A stretch of 64,000 bases of DNA from contig JYFJ02001627.1 in NCBI GenBank assembly GCA_000934665.2, positions 1 to 64,000 of the forward strand, in the 5' to 3' direction. This stretch comes from Catajapyx aquilonaris (lineage: Eukaryota). The notes below the pieces were generated by a model, which had not been told where the DNA came from, searched no databases, and worked only from the letters and a program-made list of their open reading frames with translations. The position numbers were made by a program, and so were the translations under genes. This document shows, piece by piece, positions 1 to 12,400 of this stretch; position 1 is the stretch's first letter; each line of letters starts with the position of its first letter.

Positions 1-4
1 AAGT

Positions 5-346
5 GTGTGGTTTTACTGTAGCTGTGGGGACCAGTTCCAATTGTGGGGACATTTGTCGGTCCCCACAGTCTCACACACGCGTAGTGTACCATTACAGTGG
101 GGACATGTGTAAATTAGTGGGGACATGTCCCCACTATTTTCATTTGTAGGTTTTCACAAAAGTCCGTTTTTCTCAGCCTAGGTTACTTATGGTAGGGTAG
201 GTTAGGTAGGATAGGTTAGGTAAGGTTAGGTTAGGTTAGGTTAGGTTAGGTTAGGTTAGATCAGTTTACACTCGCAGTGAAAAGTGATCAATGTCCGTCC
301 CCACGCCTTAGTCAAGACAAGAGTGGGTGTGTGTGTGTGTGTGTGC
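5..346 (+). mobile_element. Unclassified non-autonomous element with repeated GTGGGGAC/GTCCCCAC motifs and an internal (TTAGG)n tract, ending in (TG)n; copy 1
   Basis: Colinear homology to the reverse complement of 38981-39200 (ttttactgtarctgtggggac...aaaagtccrtttttctcagcctaggttac...ttagg...cgtccccac...gagtgggtgt). Confidence 0.7.
191..259 (+). repeat. Interstitial arthropod-type telomeric repeat (TTAGG)n, degenerate at its 5' side
   Basis: Six perfect TTAGG units at 226-255, plus variants. Confidence 0.95.
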
Positions 347-427
347 TATGGTATAAATCTAGTATGAACCATAAAAATGAGACACAAACGTTAAATGAAA
401 GGAAATACGATGATTGAAGTTTTTTGT

Positions 428-429
<2 letters not shown>

Positions 430-484
<55 letters not shown>
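430..484. repeat. (AGT)18 microsatellite
   Basis: Read directly from the sequence. Confidence 0.98.
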
Positions 485-2256
485 AAATTGCATAAAACTG
501 GAGTAATGTTGCAAAATAACATGGCGTACAGTATTTTTAAGTACTTCCATATGCAATTCCACTGTGACAGTATAAGCTGTCATATCAACACGAATTTTCT
601 GTCTGAATATTCTTTCGTTTTGGAAATACCACAGTAATTCAATTAACTTTTCATATTGCAATGACATTGATGTCCTCCATAATTTATTAACACAGGAAGT
701 TGTAGATTATGTACCATTTTGCAACAGAATTTTGTGGATGTTTAATTGTTACCTTTCACAACTGAAGTCGACAATGAATGTGAAAATGAATAAATAAAAA
801 GCTATCAGGAAAACCATGCCGCATCATGAACTGTAGCTCTTTAAGATAAACTGTTGACTTGATGATGATAATTTCCTGAATAAATCAAGAGTTTATTCAA
901 CCCATTTTCGTACAACATATTCGGAGCAGGGGTCGTGCCTTCTAATTTACAATCGCAATGTTACTTAATATACATTTATGAACGTACATAGATAGATCCT
1001 TACAGAGCGCTTGAGTTTAGGAAATGTCGTATGTGGTTTACCAAAGAGTCGCTGGAGGCGATTATCCTCCAGAAAGATACGGAGATTTAAAATATATCAA
1101 CAGTACTGTCATTGTTTACCGCGTATGTACATAGAAGTAGTTTTATATAAATCAATGCGACTTGGCTGAGTGAAAAGTTATTCTATAAAAATATTTTAAC
1201 ACATTCCACACAACTTAGTGACTAAACTAGGTTGCATGTGGGAGTCTCTTCTTGACCTATAATTATCTTGCGCAAGGTGTTATTTAGACCAAACAGACAA
1301 ACTTCAATGTGAATACCTGGTCACTAGACAATCATTTGATGCTCAGATGTCATGTGGCTGGCCTCGTTACGGAGATAATTAGCCTTAATCATAGCGTGTC
1401 GTATATCCTGTTCCTTATTGAGAAGGCTGCTCTAGTATAGCTCCTACTCCTGATTAGTCCACAATTTAAATTAAACTGCACGACAGCATTTGGGTTTAAA
1501 ATTGAAAATTGTAACATTTTTGTATAATGGCTCCTGTATTCTTACACCGCTACTTCTTGCTACGTGGCCCTCACAACGGAATATAAACTAGCCTTAATTC
1601 CATACACACTGTTTGTGATACGCGGCATTGTTAAGGATAGTTATATCCCTTGCAATATTGCATTGCTGCATTTTCAAAGCGGTGGAAATGAGCCGTAATC
1701 TGTTTTATGAACTTGTGAATGAGGGGATGCAAATCACATCATGCCCACGTTCATATATGAACATGAACTTTTTTATTATCGGTTGACATGGGGTAGGTAC
1801 TCAACATACCGTGTGTATCATGCAAGGATTTTAAAGCGACACAATGATGTGAATTATAGCTTGTTGTACAGGGACAAATCTTGCCTCTAATACTGGTTAT
1901 TACTCTCAGGCCCAAATCTGGTTTTGTGTGTCTGTGCCTCTGTCTGTCTATTCACAGCATTTCAGTTACAAAGGCATTAAATAGTGTTATACTGTGAAAG
2001 TCATAACACTTTCTATAAGTTAGCATTTAGGTCAGGCATGACTGTATTCTAGAAGTTGTTTCCTTGGTTGTTAGGCTGTATGTTAATAAGTTACGCGTAT
2101 TTGTTAAGTAGCCCGGTAAACACGACTTTGCACATTATTTTGCTGCATTATTATCATCATCATCACACGGTGAGTGACAACTTCAGGTCAGTGTCTTGCC
2201 AGATACTAGATGAAATGTACTGTAGATCTCACCCTAATATTTAATTGTATTGACCG

Positions 2257-2610
2257 GGGAAGCGTGGTGGCCGAGATGGTAACGTCTCGCCTTGCTGAGT
2301 GAAAGGTCCCAGGTTCGATCCCCGCCTGCGAGTTCCCTTTCACCTGCGTCAGGAGGGTCTCTGACCTGCACCAAGGAGGTGTCTGGCAACCTAACCGCCT
2401 GGGGAACAGCACATGACCCCATATCAGACATTGCACTTGCACCCATGTTCCCTCCCCAAAAAAATCCCCATCCTTACCCCATGTCCTTTCATCCTTGCAC
2501 CGAAGTTAGAATAAAAATCAGAAAATTGAAGGAAAAATGGTGGTATTCCACCCCCCCTATAAGGGACTCTGGCCCTATCACTGGGTAACGTAAATAAAAA
2601 TAAAAAATAC
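2257..2610 (+). mobile_element. tRNA-derived SINE, family A (head tentatively tRNA-Val-like), copy 1
   Basis: A box tggccgagatgg, B box ggttcgatccc, A-rich tail; 12-bp TSD ttgtattgaccg at 2245-2256 and 2611-2622; homologous to 49912-50280. Confidence 0.92.
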
Positions 2611-4557
2611 TTGTATTGACCGTGAGTTCTGACTCATTTTTGTATAAAAGGCATATTAGGCTAGAAATGTTACCGGCGCGGCGGTGTGTTTGGTGCGACA
2701 GACGGTGTAGAATGGGCCTAAGGTAGTCTACATGCGAATCGAAATCAGAGAGGTACAGTTTGTCACGCATGACGTGACTCTCCTTTTTTTCCTTCTCTAA
2801 ATCGAGCATTTTAAAAAGAGAGAAAAAACCTGAAAGGCAGAAGGAAATTGTGGAGTTTTTCTCCCTCTGAAGAATTCATAGTAGTTGCAACAGTCTTGAC
2901 CAATTGAGAAAATATATTAGTGAGAGGCCATTATTATTCGTAGTTTAACAACCTCAGTGCAATATATACAGCGATTTTCGTTGTCCTTCTGCATCTCCCG
3001 AAAACGATTTGGCAACAAAATAAGCGCGATTCAAATTTATCTTTTATTCTCCTAATACTTCCGTGTTGTGAGTTATATCATTGTAGGTTTGCAAACATAC
3101 TGTTAATGCCCTGAACTTTATTTTTGTTGCTGCGAATAAAATGACGAGTATTTGATACAAATTAGTGTGACGTTCATTATCAGATAAGCGCTGAGGCATT
3201 AACTTTGAAGGGGGCGTTGAAAATCAAGTTTGATTAATGGTCCTACTGTGGGTAAAAAAAGACTCGTGGAGGATATTTTAGCGCGCATGTTTGAACACAA
3301 CAAACATTTGGTAATAATGTGAACCATAATGACATCACAAATCAATACGGGTCAACTAATTTTCACCTACTATTAGTTTATTAGTCGATTAACAATAACT
3401 TGTTTAAGCTTGAACGCGCAAGATTAATTGCCCACAGTACTGTTTGCGGTTCGAATGTGTGGAATTTGTTCAGTCTATCGCCCTTTACTCTCTCCATATA
3501 GGTCACTTCTCTATACCAGTTTGTTTTTGTGACCACCATCACGCGACCTTCGAGGGACACGCGTCAACGACGCCAACGCTTTCTTTCAAACCATTGCACG
3601 CATTAAACATTAAGTTACTTCAGGTTTGTCCGTTTTGACATGGAATACGAGTATGGCGTGACGAAGACCTATTATTATCACTATTTTAATTATTATTCGC
3701 ACCATGGTTGCATTAACTATCGCGTTTCAGGGGGGTTTAGCGTTAAGGTATTAAGAATCTCGTTTAATGAGTACTTGTTCAAATGTGAATATGAGGGCAA
3801 TAATGTCGTAGCCGCATTAAATGGTTGGGTACGTAATAGGATGGTATTCACTCTACGGTACCTAAGTGCTTTACATAATGTGCTATAGATGATTATAATT
3901 GACCAGTAGACTATAGGCTACTGCAAAATTAATGTGAAGGACATTCGCGAGTATTTTGATGTGGACTCTAGACTAGAGAAAGAACTCGCTACGTGCGACT
4001 GTACATTACGGTATGCATGAACAGAGGTCATAACGAGTATACCTGCAGGTAGGTGTGAATGAGGGATAGCCTGTGTTTTCCCTATTAGTACAATGCAGGG
4101 CTTTTCTTAACAGCGTAAACATGAATGAGCCCCCGGATGAGCTAATCCGGGCTAATTAGTGGAGGGACTGGGTTAAAATGGATCACTAAAATTGTGCTGG
4201 TGGTGGGAAAATCAACTAATCCAGATCTGATGAATGGAATGAGGTTTGATCTGGATCAAAATTTTCAACACGTCCGCTGAGTTAGATGCTCCCCTCTAAT
4301 TTTTGGATATTCATTAATCCACTCCAGGGGGATTATCTAATCCGAACATCTATTTTTGGGCGTGTGGTCTATGCGGTGATAACTCCCTCATTTGCTTCAG
4401 GTAAGGCAATTCCTTGGCCTATACTTTAAGACCATAATATAGTCTATTTGACAATGCGCTATGCACAAACAGGGTGAAGAAGATGAACTCTACGATATTC
4501 AGCCTAATATAAGATAATGTAAATTACAAACTGCAATAAAATGTAAGGTGTACAAAT

Positions 4558-4892
4558 CAACGAGATATAAAAAAGATAGAGGCCGTAAAGGTCGGCCATC
4601 TTTGATGCAATTGGCGGCCATGACACTTCACGGCAAGAACTTTGAAATTGTCGTATTTCTAACCCTGTTCTCCTCTGCGTACACTCCTGCCTCCTGGCGG
4701 AGCTGGGAATAAAAGTCAGTCTGGTGAAGGTCACCATTTATTCCCAGCCCCGCCAGGAGGCAGGAGTGTACACAGAGGAGAACAGGGTGAGAAATACGCC
4801 AAATTCAAATTCGCGCGTGTTCTTGCCGTGAAGTGGCATGGCCGCCAAAGATGGCCGACCTTTACGGCCTCTATGTAATTTATACCTCGTTG
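4558..4892. mobile_element. Foldback MITE, P-element/hAT-like (CAACGAG...CTCGTTG ends, 8-bp TSD)
   Basis: Imperfect inverted arms of about 155 bp around a spacer of about 23 bp; TSD gtacaaat at 4550-4557 and 4893-4900. Confidence 0.9.
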
Positions 4893-6049
4893 GTACAAAT
4901 GCTAACTTGAAGCAGCTGTGTTCAAACTGTTACCATACAACACGTAACAAGTTCTTTTATCAACCATATCTTTTTGAGTGACTCATGCAGCAAGTAGATA
5001 GTCTGATGGGGAACACACACACAGGAAACACTTGTCATTTCAACCGTTTAATTTTTGACGTACTAAATGCATGCTGTCAGTCTTACATACCGTGCATTTG
5101 GAAGAGCAAATGAAAATCAACTATACACTCGACAACATGTCAAGTTGAGTTGTGACCATTACAAGTACAGAACGTCTATCACAATCAAAGTCAGCTAACA
5201 ACAAAACCATCAAAGTTCAAAAAATCGTATGAAAATCTGCCAGTAAATACTTTCCACACCTTCTCTATTATATCTACGCATTAGAGCATAGGAAGACTTT
5301 GGCACCAGACGGAGGTCACTTAGAGCGAGCCCAAGTCTTATCTTCTTGGTGCTTGACAATAGTGCATACTGGCCCAACAATGGCTGCTGCTAAGTGGGAT
5401 GCCACATGAATCATAACAGCTGGGTGTGCGGTATAGGGTGGGAATAAGAGTGTATCTCCTGAAGGTTTGCCGGCCATTATGAGGCGTTAGATAAGCGACC
5501 GCCTTGAGCTGGCCTCATTGTGATCTAAGATGTGTCCCCCTAACTTATTACTGAGTGTGCTGTTGTATAGTAGGGGCCTAATTTGCCAACCCTTATCTGC
5601 ACGTTTGGCAAACAGCTGCAGCGCGCGACTTCTTGTCTAGATCGCCTTTGCCTACGGACTATGGTACTTTTAATAGCCCCAGCGGACTATAGGCCCCCTC
5701 GCATCTTCACGTTTCGACCATACCGCATTATCACAGAATGTTTCATATTCTGAAATTTTCACCAGTTTTGGGGGCCTATGCAGAACACTGAATTATGCAG
5801 GAAAACTCTCGTGACATTCTTTTCCATATCATTCGACTTACGATAGTCTTAAGATGAGCCTCATAATTATCAACTATGTCAATTTTATAGCCCATTTTGT
5901 GGGTATACCGGGTGTTGTGAAAATCCAGCCTGAATCAGGTCAAAATACCAATTTTCCTGCTGACTTTGCCTGCTAATTTATTCCCTCCGCTTTGATTAGG
6001 CGATAAGCCTTCTCGAGTTCAACACTATAGTTCAGGAGAAATGCCGCAG

Positions 6050-6300
6050 TGTTGAGACCTCCCCTGAGAGAAGCCTCGGTCTTTTGAATGGTTCTGCTTG
6101 CTGAGATCTGTTTAGGTTTCCTTTGTTGTGGTTGTATGTCTCGTTATGCTGATGTGATGGATACTGTTGAGCTTCTACACCGGGTTTTAGGTGAAGTGGG
6201 CTGGGAACACGACTCCCTTATACATGTCGAGCGGTCAAAGTGCTGGTATCTGTCTTCCGGTAGATATGTCATTGGTGGACTGCACGTGAAGGAGAATTTT
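6050..6300 (-). mobile_element. Possible decayed Penelope-like RT fragment
   Basis: Frameshifted minus-strand translation gives EDRYQHFD..., YKGVV and ...RGF, resembling the Penelope T.RYLHF.S.HP...K.GV...NG(Y/F) region. Weak, from motif recall only. Confidence 0.25.
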
Positions 6301-6774
6301 TAGGGATTATTTCCAAGTCCTGCTGGTTAGATGAAAGTCACGTGCAAGCTGTATTACACGGTTTGGCAATATATTCAGGTTACCTTTTCTGGGCTTGAGG
6401 ACAGCGAAATAATATTAGCAAAATCCATACGATAAATGTTATTAACAAACTGTAAATTGATTATTTTTATACCATAACAATGAAGGTGCAAGTTCTCAGG
6501 ACCTAATTTTGCCAGTTTTTTGTTCGGGTAACTTGTATATAACTTTTTGTTTACATCCTGCCCTGGAAATTGTCTGTAGGAAACCTAGTAGGTGCATGAG
6601 TTAATTTGCTGCTGTTTGCTGTTTGTTTTCAAACTAGTAATGGTGAAAATGATGATGAAGCATTGTGCCTGTGAACATATACGTTGTGGTTCAGTACAGG
6701 GTGTCTAATAATAATTCAGACAAACTATGTCAGTTCAGGCTGGGAATTGGTGGATCATTTAATCTTTAATTAAA

Positions 6775-7087
6775 GTAATATATAATAATAATATAATAAT
6801 TTGTACCCCGTGCTAGAGCCATGGGCCCTCTTAGGGGGGTGGGATACCACCATATTTTTTATCTGGAACTCTTGCTTTGGTTTTTACTTCTCGTATATGG
6901 GGATGGGATAGGGGCGGAAGGAAGCGGCTGTGGCCTATAATTACGGACACGACCACGGAATTTTCCTGGTGAGACCATGGGAAACCACAGAAAACCACGG
7001 TCAGGGTCGGCGGCCACCGGGATTCGAACTCAGGACCTCCTGATTAGCAGTCGGATACCATATTCCCTCCGCTACCACTGCTTCGGT
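6775..7087 (-). mobile_element. tRNA-derived SINE, family B (anticodon-arm-like ccgactgctaatc, tRNA-Ser(GCT)-like), copy 1
   Basis: Minus-strand head accgaagcag...gagttcgaatccc; 12-bp TSD tctttaattaaa at 6763-6774 and 7088-7099; homologous to the copies at 26959 and 60282. Confidence 0.92.
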
Positions 7088-7776
7088 TCTTTAATTAAAC
7101 TATAGATCAAACCATAAATATTTTGTACAAAATCTGCGAGCTCATTAGCATCTCCAGGGTATTAAAATTGTAATTCCGCAATAATTCGACACATTTGGAC
7201 TCGACATTGCTCGTCGCTAGAGGGCTTTTCCATCAAAATGGCTGACCTGAAGAACATGTGCCCCAACATCCCAGGCGCGAATTTAGTTGTTTCTCCGTCG
7301 CCTTCATCTGCAGGAGCGATAGTCCCCCTAAGACAAATAGCCTGAGGCATGTGAGAGGCTAATGGGCTCTATCCGCTTGCGGACGTGGAGGCTGTCACTT
7401 CTTTTGTTGAACGTAGCGCCGCTACCTACACTCATCTAGATAGGCATCTGAACTCGGGTTTCAGGGGAGATCTCTCATTGTGTTCTCTGTCCCCGTGAAA
7501 TTACTTTCTGGCAGGCTGTAAAAGTGGATGAATAACTGGTGGGACACCTCATGCTGAAAGAGCGCACAAATATGAGTCTCTCACGTTTCCATGATTATGG
7601 CCACTATAACAGGGAAGCCACACACTGACCAAAGCAGTAACAATCCAAAATCAGTGCTGGTCAAACCCTTGCTCAATATTCGTTACTAAAACCAGGAGTT
7701 TCAGAAAATTCAGTAAAGCAGTTCTGCTCTGAGGGCATGGTTCTTATACAAGTAATATATACGGTAGGCTTCTACT

Positions 7777-8310
7777 GACAACCAAAGTAACCCTTCTTAT
7801 ACCCTCCTAAATTTTGAAATTTTTTGGATTTTCTAATTCTGCTTGACCTATAGTGTTGTGCAAACATCACCTCTGTTGCTAATTTTCATGTTAGCTGGAT
7901 CAAAATACAAGCCAAAAGATCGAGATTCCGAACCCACAACACCTAAATCCTGTCGCGGGTGGCGGGTCGCCGGTCCTGGCTGGTCGGTCGCGGGTCGTCG
8001 CGACTGATATGAGTAACATGTAAATGACTGATTAAACTTGATTCATAAATTGCTACACAAAATCGATTTCGAGGCATATTCTACTTGCTCGCGCCACCCT
8101 AGAGCGCGCTATACAGTCGCGGCGACCGGGGACCTGCGACCCGCGAGCGGCTGCTAGGTGTTGTGGCTTCGGAATACAGCATTTAGCTTGTATTTTGACG
8201 TGAAAATTAGCAGCAGAGGTGATGTTTCCACAACACTATAGGCCAAGCAGAATTAGAAAATCCAAAAAATTTCACAATTTAGGAGGGTAAGAAGAGTTAG
8301 TTTGGTTGTG
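7777..8310. mobile_element. MITE/non-autonomous DNA transposon with imperfect TIRs of about 190 bp (acaaccaaa...tttggttgt)
   Basis: Long inverted arms, e.g. ttttggattttctaattctgcttg / caagcagaattagaaaatccaaaaaa and aaacatcacctctgttgctaattttca / tgaaaattagcagcagaggtgatgttt. No clear TSD. Confidence 0.85.
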
Positions 8311-9318
8311 GGTTGAGATTACCAAACGGTTCTAACAAAATTCACCCTGCAGTTCCCCTGATTCTCATTAGCTTATTCCGCATCAAAAAGCGCGCAGCAC
8401 TCAACTCAAACAAGAATTTGGGCAAAGAAACGCTTCAGGGCCTTAATTCCTTGTATTAGCAGAAGAACTTTTTTTCTTATGTTTTTTTAGATCCCATCCG
8501 TGCATAATCTAAGTTTATCTGCTTCCCATGGGTGCACCATTATGGGAAGTGAATATGTTATAGGTTACTATATCTTCTTCATTGAACACTGAAAGTAAAA
8601 CTATACTGCCTTTATAGTCGACGCTGCGTGGCTACAAAATCAAGCTTTTATTCTCCGCAGAAAAAAGTTTGAAACACGGCCAAAAAAATGAAGTCGTTTC
8701 ATAATAGCCCCCCTCAACTTGTCTATACGACGGATAAATTGGTCTTGTTCCTTTACAGCTTATTTCCACGCAATCCGGGACCCACCGTTTCCCGTGAAAT
8801 GACCCAATTGGAAAGATTACAAGCCCAACCGCTTCGCATTGTCAAAACGCCATCATTTGGGCCGGATATGAAGCTTACGTGAAACATATACCGCTGGTCG
8901 GCCGCCATTAAGGAAATTATTGCACGATAATCACGGAGCTCTTGTTTTTTGTCGCCTCACGATTGAGTTTTTACCGTTTTCGTCGTGACAGGTTGAGTGG
9001 TGTAAGGTCCATATAAAGTTTCTGTTGACAAGCGAGGCCGGATATTTATTTATTGGTGGACCGTGCAGGCCAAATTGCAATTAATACGACAATTAACATT
9101 TTTTTGAATGGTTGGCACGGAGTATATCGTAGGCAGTGTTGTGGTTGCATTTCCATATCGGGTTAGGTGGCGCATTGTTCTTGAGCCCAGGCCAAATCGG
9201 TCTCCCCCGTCGGCTGTAAATTGTTTTACAAGTGGAGGGAGGTGTAGTGTATCCCCCCTCCCTCTACCATAGTAGAATGGCTGATTAGTGTGACACATGT
9301 ACTCTATTTGGTTTGCAG

Positions 9319-9463
9319 GCCTCCAGTGACAACAATGTGACTCGCAGCACCTTGACGCTAATTCCCTCGGTGGAAGACAACGGAAGGCTTCTAACCTGCC
9401 GAGCTGAAAATCCGTGGGTAGCTGGAAGCGTCCTGGAGGATACTTGGCGAGTCAACGTCGTAT
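9319..9463 (+). CDS. Sidestep-like exon, C-terminal half of an Ig domain (ASSDNNVTRSTLTLIPSVEDNGRLLTCRAENPWVAGSVLEDTWRVNVV-Y)
   Basis: Acceptor tttgcag| at 9318 and donor T|gtaagt at 9464; 145 nt; not in the ORF track; D.G..L.C.A.N Ig F-strand motif. Confidence 0.92.
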
Positions 9464-12400
9464 GTAAGTAGCTCCAAACTGTTGCCAAGTCGGCTCATAT
9501 TAACCCACTGGTTCACTCCATATAACGCCAGGTGGTGGTGTGTGTGCGTGTGTTGTAGTGTGGGTGGCTTAATTACCAACGGCTAAATTATTATGGTCCT
9601 GGCAACCAACTGGGCACTAATTTGTACAATGCAGATAGTGCATCCCACAGACAGTGACAAAGAGAGAAAGTGACGAGGCAACGCCCCTTGGGCGCGTCCC
9701 ACTGCAAAGTGAATGAGTAAGGAGGATAGTTGTGTGCTGGAATTTTGGACTATCTAGTAAATTGATCTTCCATGCAGAGAAGGGTAGGAGTGTAGCACTC
9801 TAGCTACTGTCGTGATTCATGAACATTTTGCGTAAGTGTGGGTCAAGCTATAATTCGGGCTTCTTCCTACCGCGGTATACATGGAATATCACTACTGTTT
9901 GATATGATCGTGGCGTTGCACTGGCTGACGTACCGAGTGTTATCGGGTATGTGTGCGTGCTGGCATTTGTCGGACTACCCTAGAAGTCTACTTTCACCCA
10001 GACGGAATGCTATTAAATGAATTGTGTCTGTTACCCAGAGTGGATGACGACGGGCAACTTATTTATTCGAGTCCACCAGCCATTTCCTTTAGAGTGATAT
10101 TCGTGGCGAAAAGCTGGAGCTGCTTGACTTACATGGCCCAATCGGTCCAGTAAAAGGGCGGAATAATCAAGTGGACTGTGGCCATTCACGTCGGCAAACG
10201 GTCATCTTTGGAAATGAATGCCGACTCGTGTGCCCCCGATTTGATGGCGCCATCCTTCATTGGCGACCCGGAGAAAATCTGCTGCCTTGTATGAGCTCCA
10301 CGAAGCATCAGGCCTGACGATTATTCCGCCAAGCTCTGATTTCACACGTGACACGAATTCCACTTTTTTCATCATTTTTTTTCCTTTCCCGTGTTTTTAT
10401 ATATCTTTCCCCCAACTTGCCCCAAACTGCTGGTAATGGCGAAACATAATTACACTACTTCCAGTCTCCTCCCACCGACTTCTCTATTACTTAATGGATT
10501 CCTGGAAGCTCCAACGAATGTTATTCCATACTCCAGCAAATATTAGCATAGTACTAGGTGGGCTGGCGGGAAGGAACTGATGCTTTAATTACCAGAACGT
10601 TATGATTGCTGAAAGGGGCTCAGTTTGGCTGCATATCTCGCATCTCGTTAGAAATGTATAGGCTAAGAGAAAGGAAGGCTCCGATCTAATGGAGTGACTC
10701 TTTTGGGCGCCGGCAGCTTCATTAATCAACTGCTTGACTCCGTCGCCCTTATTCACTTTGCAATGCTCGAGGATGATTTCCAATCATTTCTCATCGTTCC
10801 ATGTCTCTGTCCTGACTCCCATTCCTGGCTGCCACCGTTTTGGAGTCTAGCAACCATTAGCATAACTAGTGTGGTTTCCTCTACTTCATTCTTGCGCATG
10901 CGGCGGTGACTCATGTCCTCAGCACTTATAAGTGCTTGCCTACTGTTTCCGACAAAGCAGGGGACTAACCAGGGTGCGTCTATTTCAAGCCGCTCTCTAG
11001 GCTAGTAAGCTGTTATTGACTCACTAATTAACCGGAATATGATGCTGGGAGTCATTTTTTGCTGGTCTCACTTCAGGTTGATGGTAAGTAGTAAGAGGTC
11101 AAGTGCGGTGGGCTCTTTATGGTCTAAATTAATTTTTACGCCTTAAAAAGGGTTGGGATGTTTTTGCTATACAAGTCATGTTTTTGCCTGTCAGGATGAA
11201 ATAAAATGCAGTTATAGCGCTGGATATGACCACTGATCAAATCATTTCTTTAGATACTAAGTATTCCACTACCGGTGCGATAATTTATAAGTTAATATAA
11301 CTTCGCAGAATTTGGAACACTGTCACCTCAGTATTGCTAGTGCTATAAAAGTTTGATTTGTCAAAACAATAGACTTTCCATTCGGGGATATCTACCAGGC
11401 ACACAGATTATGTAATGCAATCATGAAGTTAATAACGAAATATCCACAAAAAATATGCGAAAAGAGGCATGTGTGGTCTGTTCAAGCTAAGGTCAACGAA
11501 AACAATGATATTAGCATATGGCGTGTCATTATAAACTTAATAATCGTCAAATCGTCAAATATGCAGGAAATTTTGCATAGCACATCTATTTTCTAGCAGA
11601 GCACCAAATCAGATAAACAGTGCAGTGCCTAGAAATCCGAACATTCGGATAAATAAAAGGATCACCTCTCCTCGCTACAGTTTTGATTTTGGTCACGAAT
11701 CGAAGGGATGGGAGGATGAGAATTGATGCATTAATTCCTAATTGAACAATCACACAATCAACTAAAACATGCACCCTCCTTATTCCCCCGGGGGGAAGCG
11801 ATTTCCTATAATGCATAATTGTAAATTGGATGTGCAAAAGATCACATTTCACATTAAAGACAGAGAGAAACCTTCCCCCATTAGAAATTTGCATTGTGTT
11901 AATACGCTCGTAACATCTCATGCGTTAAACATGATTATCGACCAAGTGCATTTCCCTCCCCTATTCCACGGGATACCACTCCAGATAAGGGCTGTGCGAG
12001 ACATCGAAAGGCTCTGACAAGTATAACACTTGACACACAGACCTATGGGATTAAACCATGTCCCATGTGAGGGCGAGGAAGTTACAAAGACAACCAGTGA
12101 GTGAATCTCACAAGCAGAATTTTGACTCATGCTGGGATGTAAATGATACATTTCAGATAGACCTATTTAGCACTAGAATTGAAAATACTCCTAAAATTAT
12201 TTTGTAAGAAAAATTATTGTTATTTGGTTACACGTAGCACGTTTTACACCAGCACAATATTTTGTGTGATCCTCCGGGTCTTATCCATCGTACTCAATCA
12301 ACTTGCCACCATGCACCAGTTATAATTACAAATCAACTTTACATTTTAATTGCCAGTTCAACTAACTGTAAGTTAATCCTATCCTGAACCGCTCAATAAC

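Noticed and set aside
191..259. True chromosome end (telomere)
   Set aside because: The tract is short and lies inside a dispersed element, with non-telomeric DNA on both sides.
359..667. ORFs with poly-Y, poly-I, poly-D, poly-M or poly-L runs (also at 35376, 57363, 57414, 57457, 59546, 60247)
   Set aside because: They are translations of trinucleotide microsatellites with no domain or splice support.
2257..2330. tRNA-like sequences with A/B boxes (also at about 7010-7087, 17750-17822, 26801, 26959, 46650-46718, 49912)
   Set aside because: They lack a complete cloverleaf and continue into shared bodies and tails with TSDs, so they are SINE heads, not tRNA genes.
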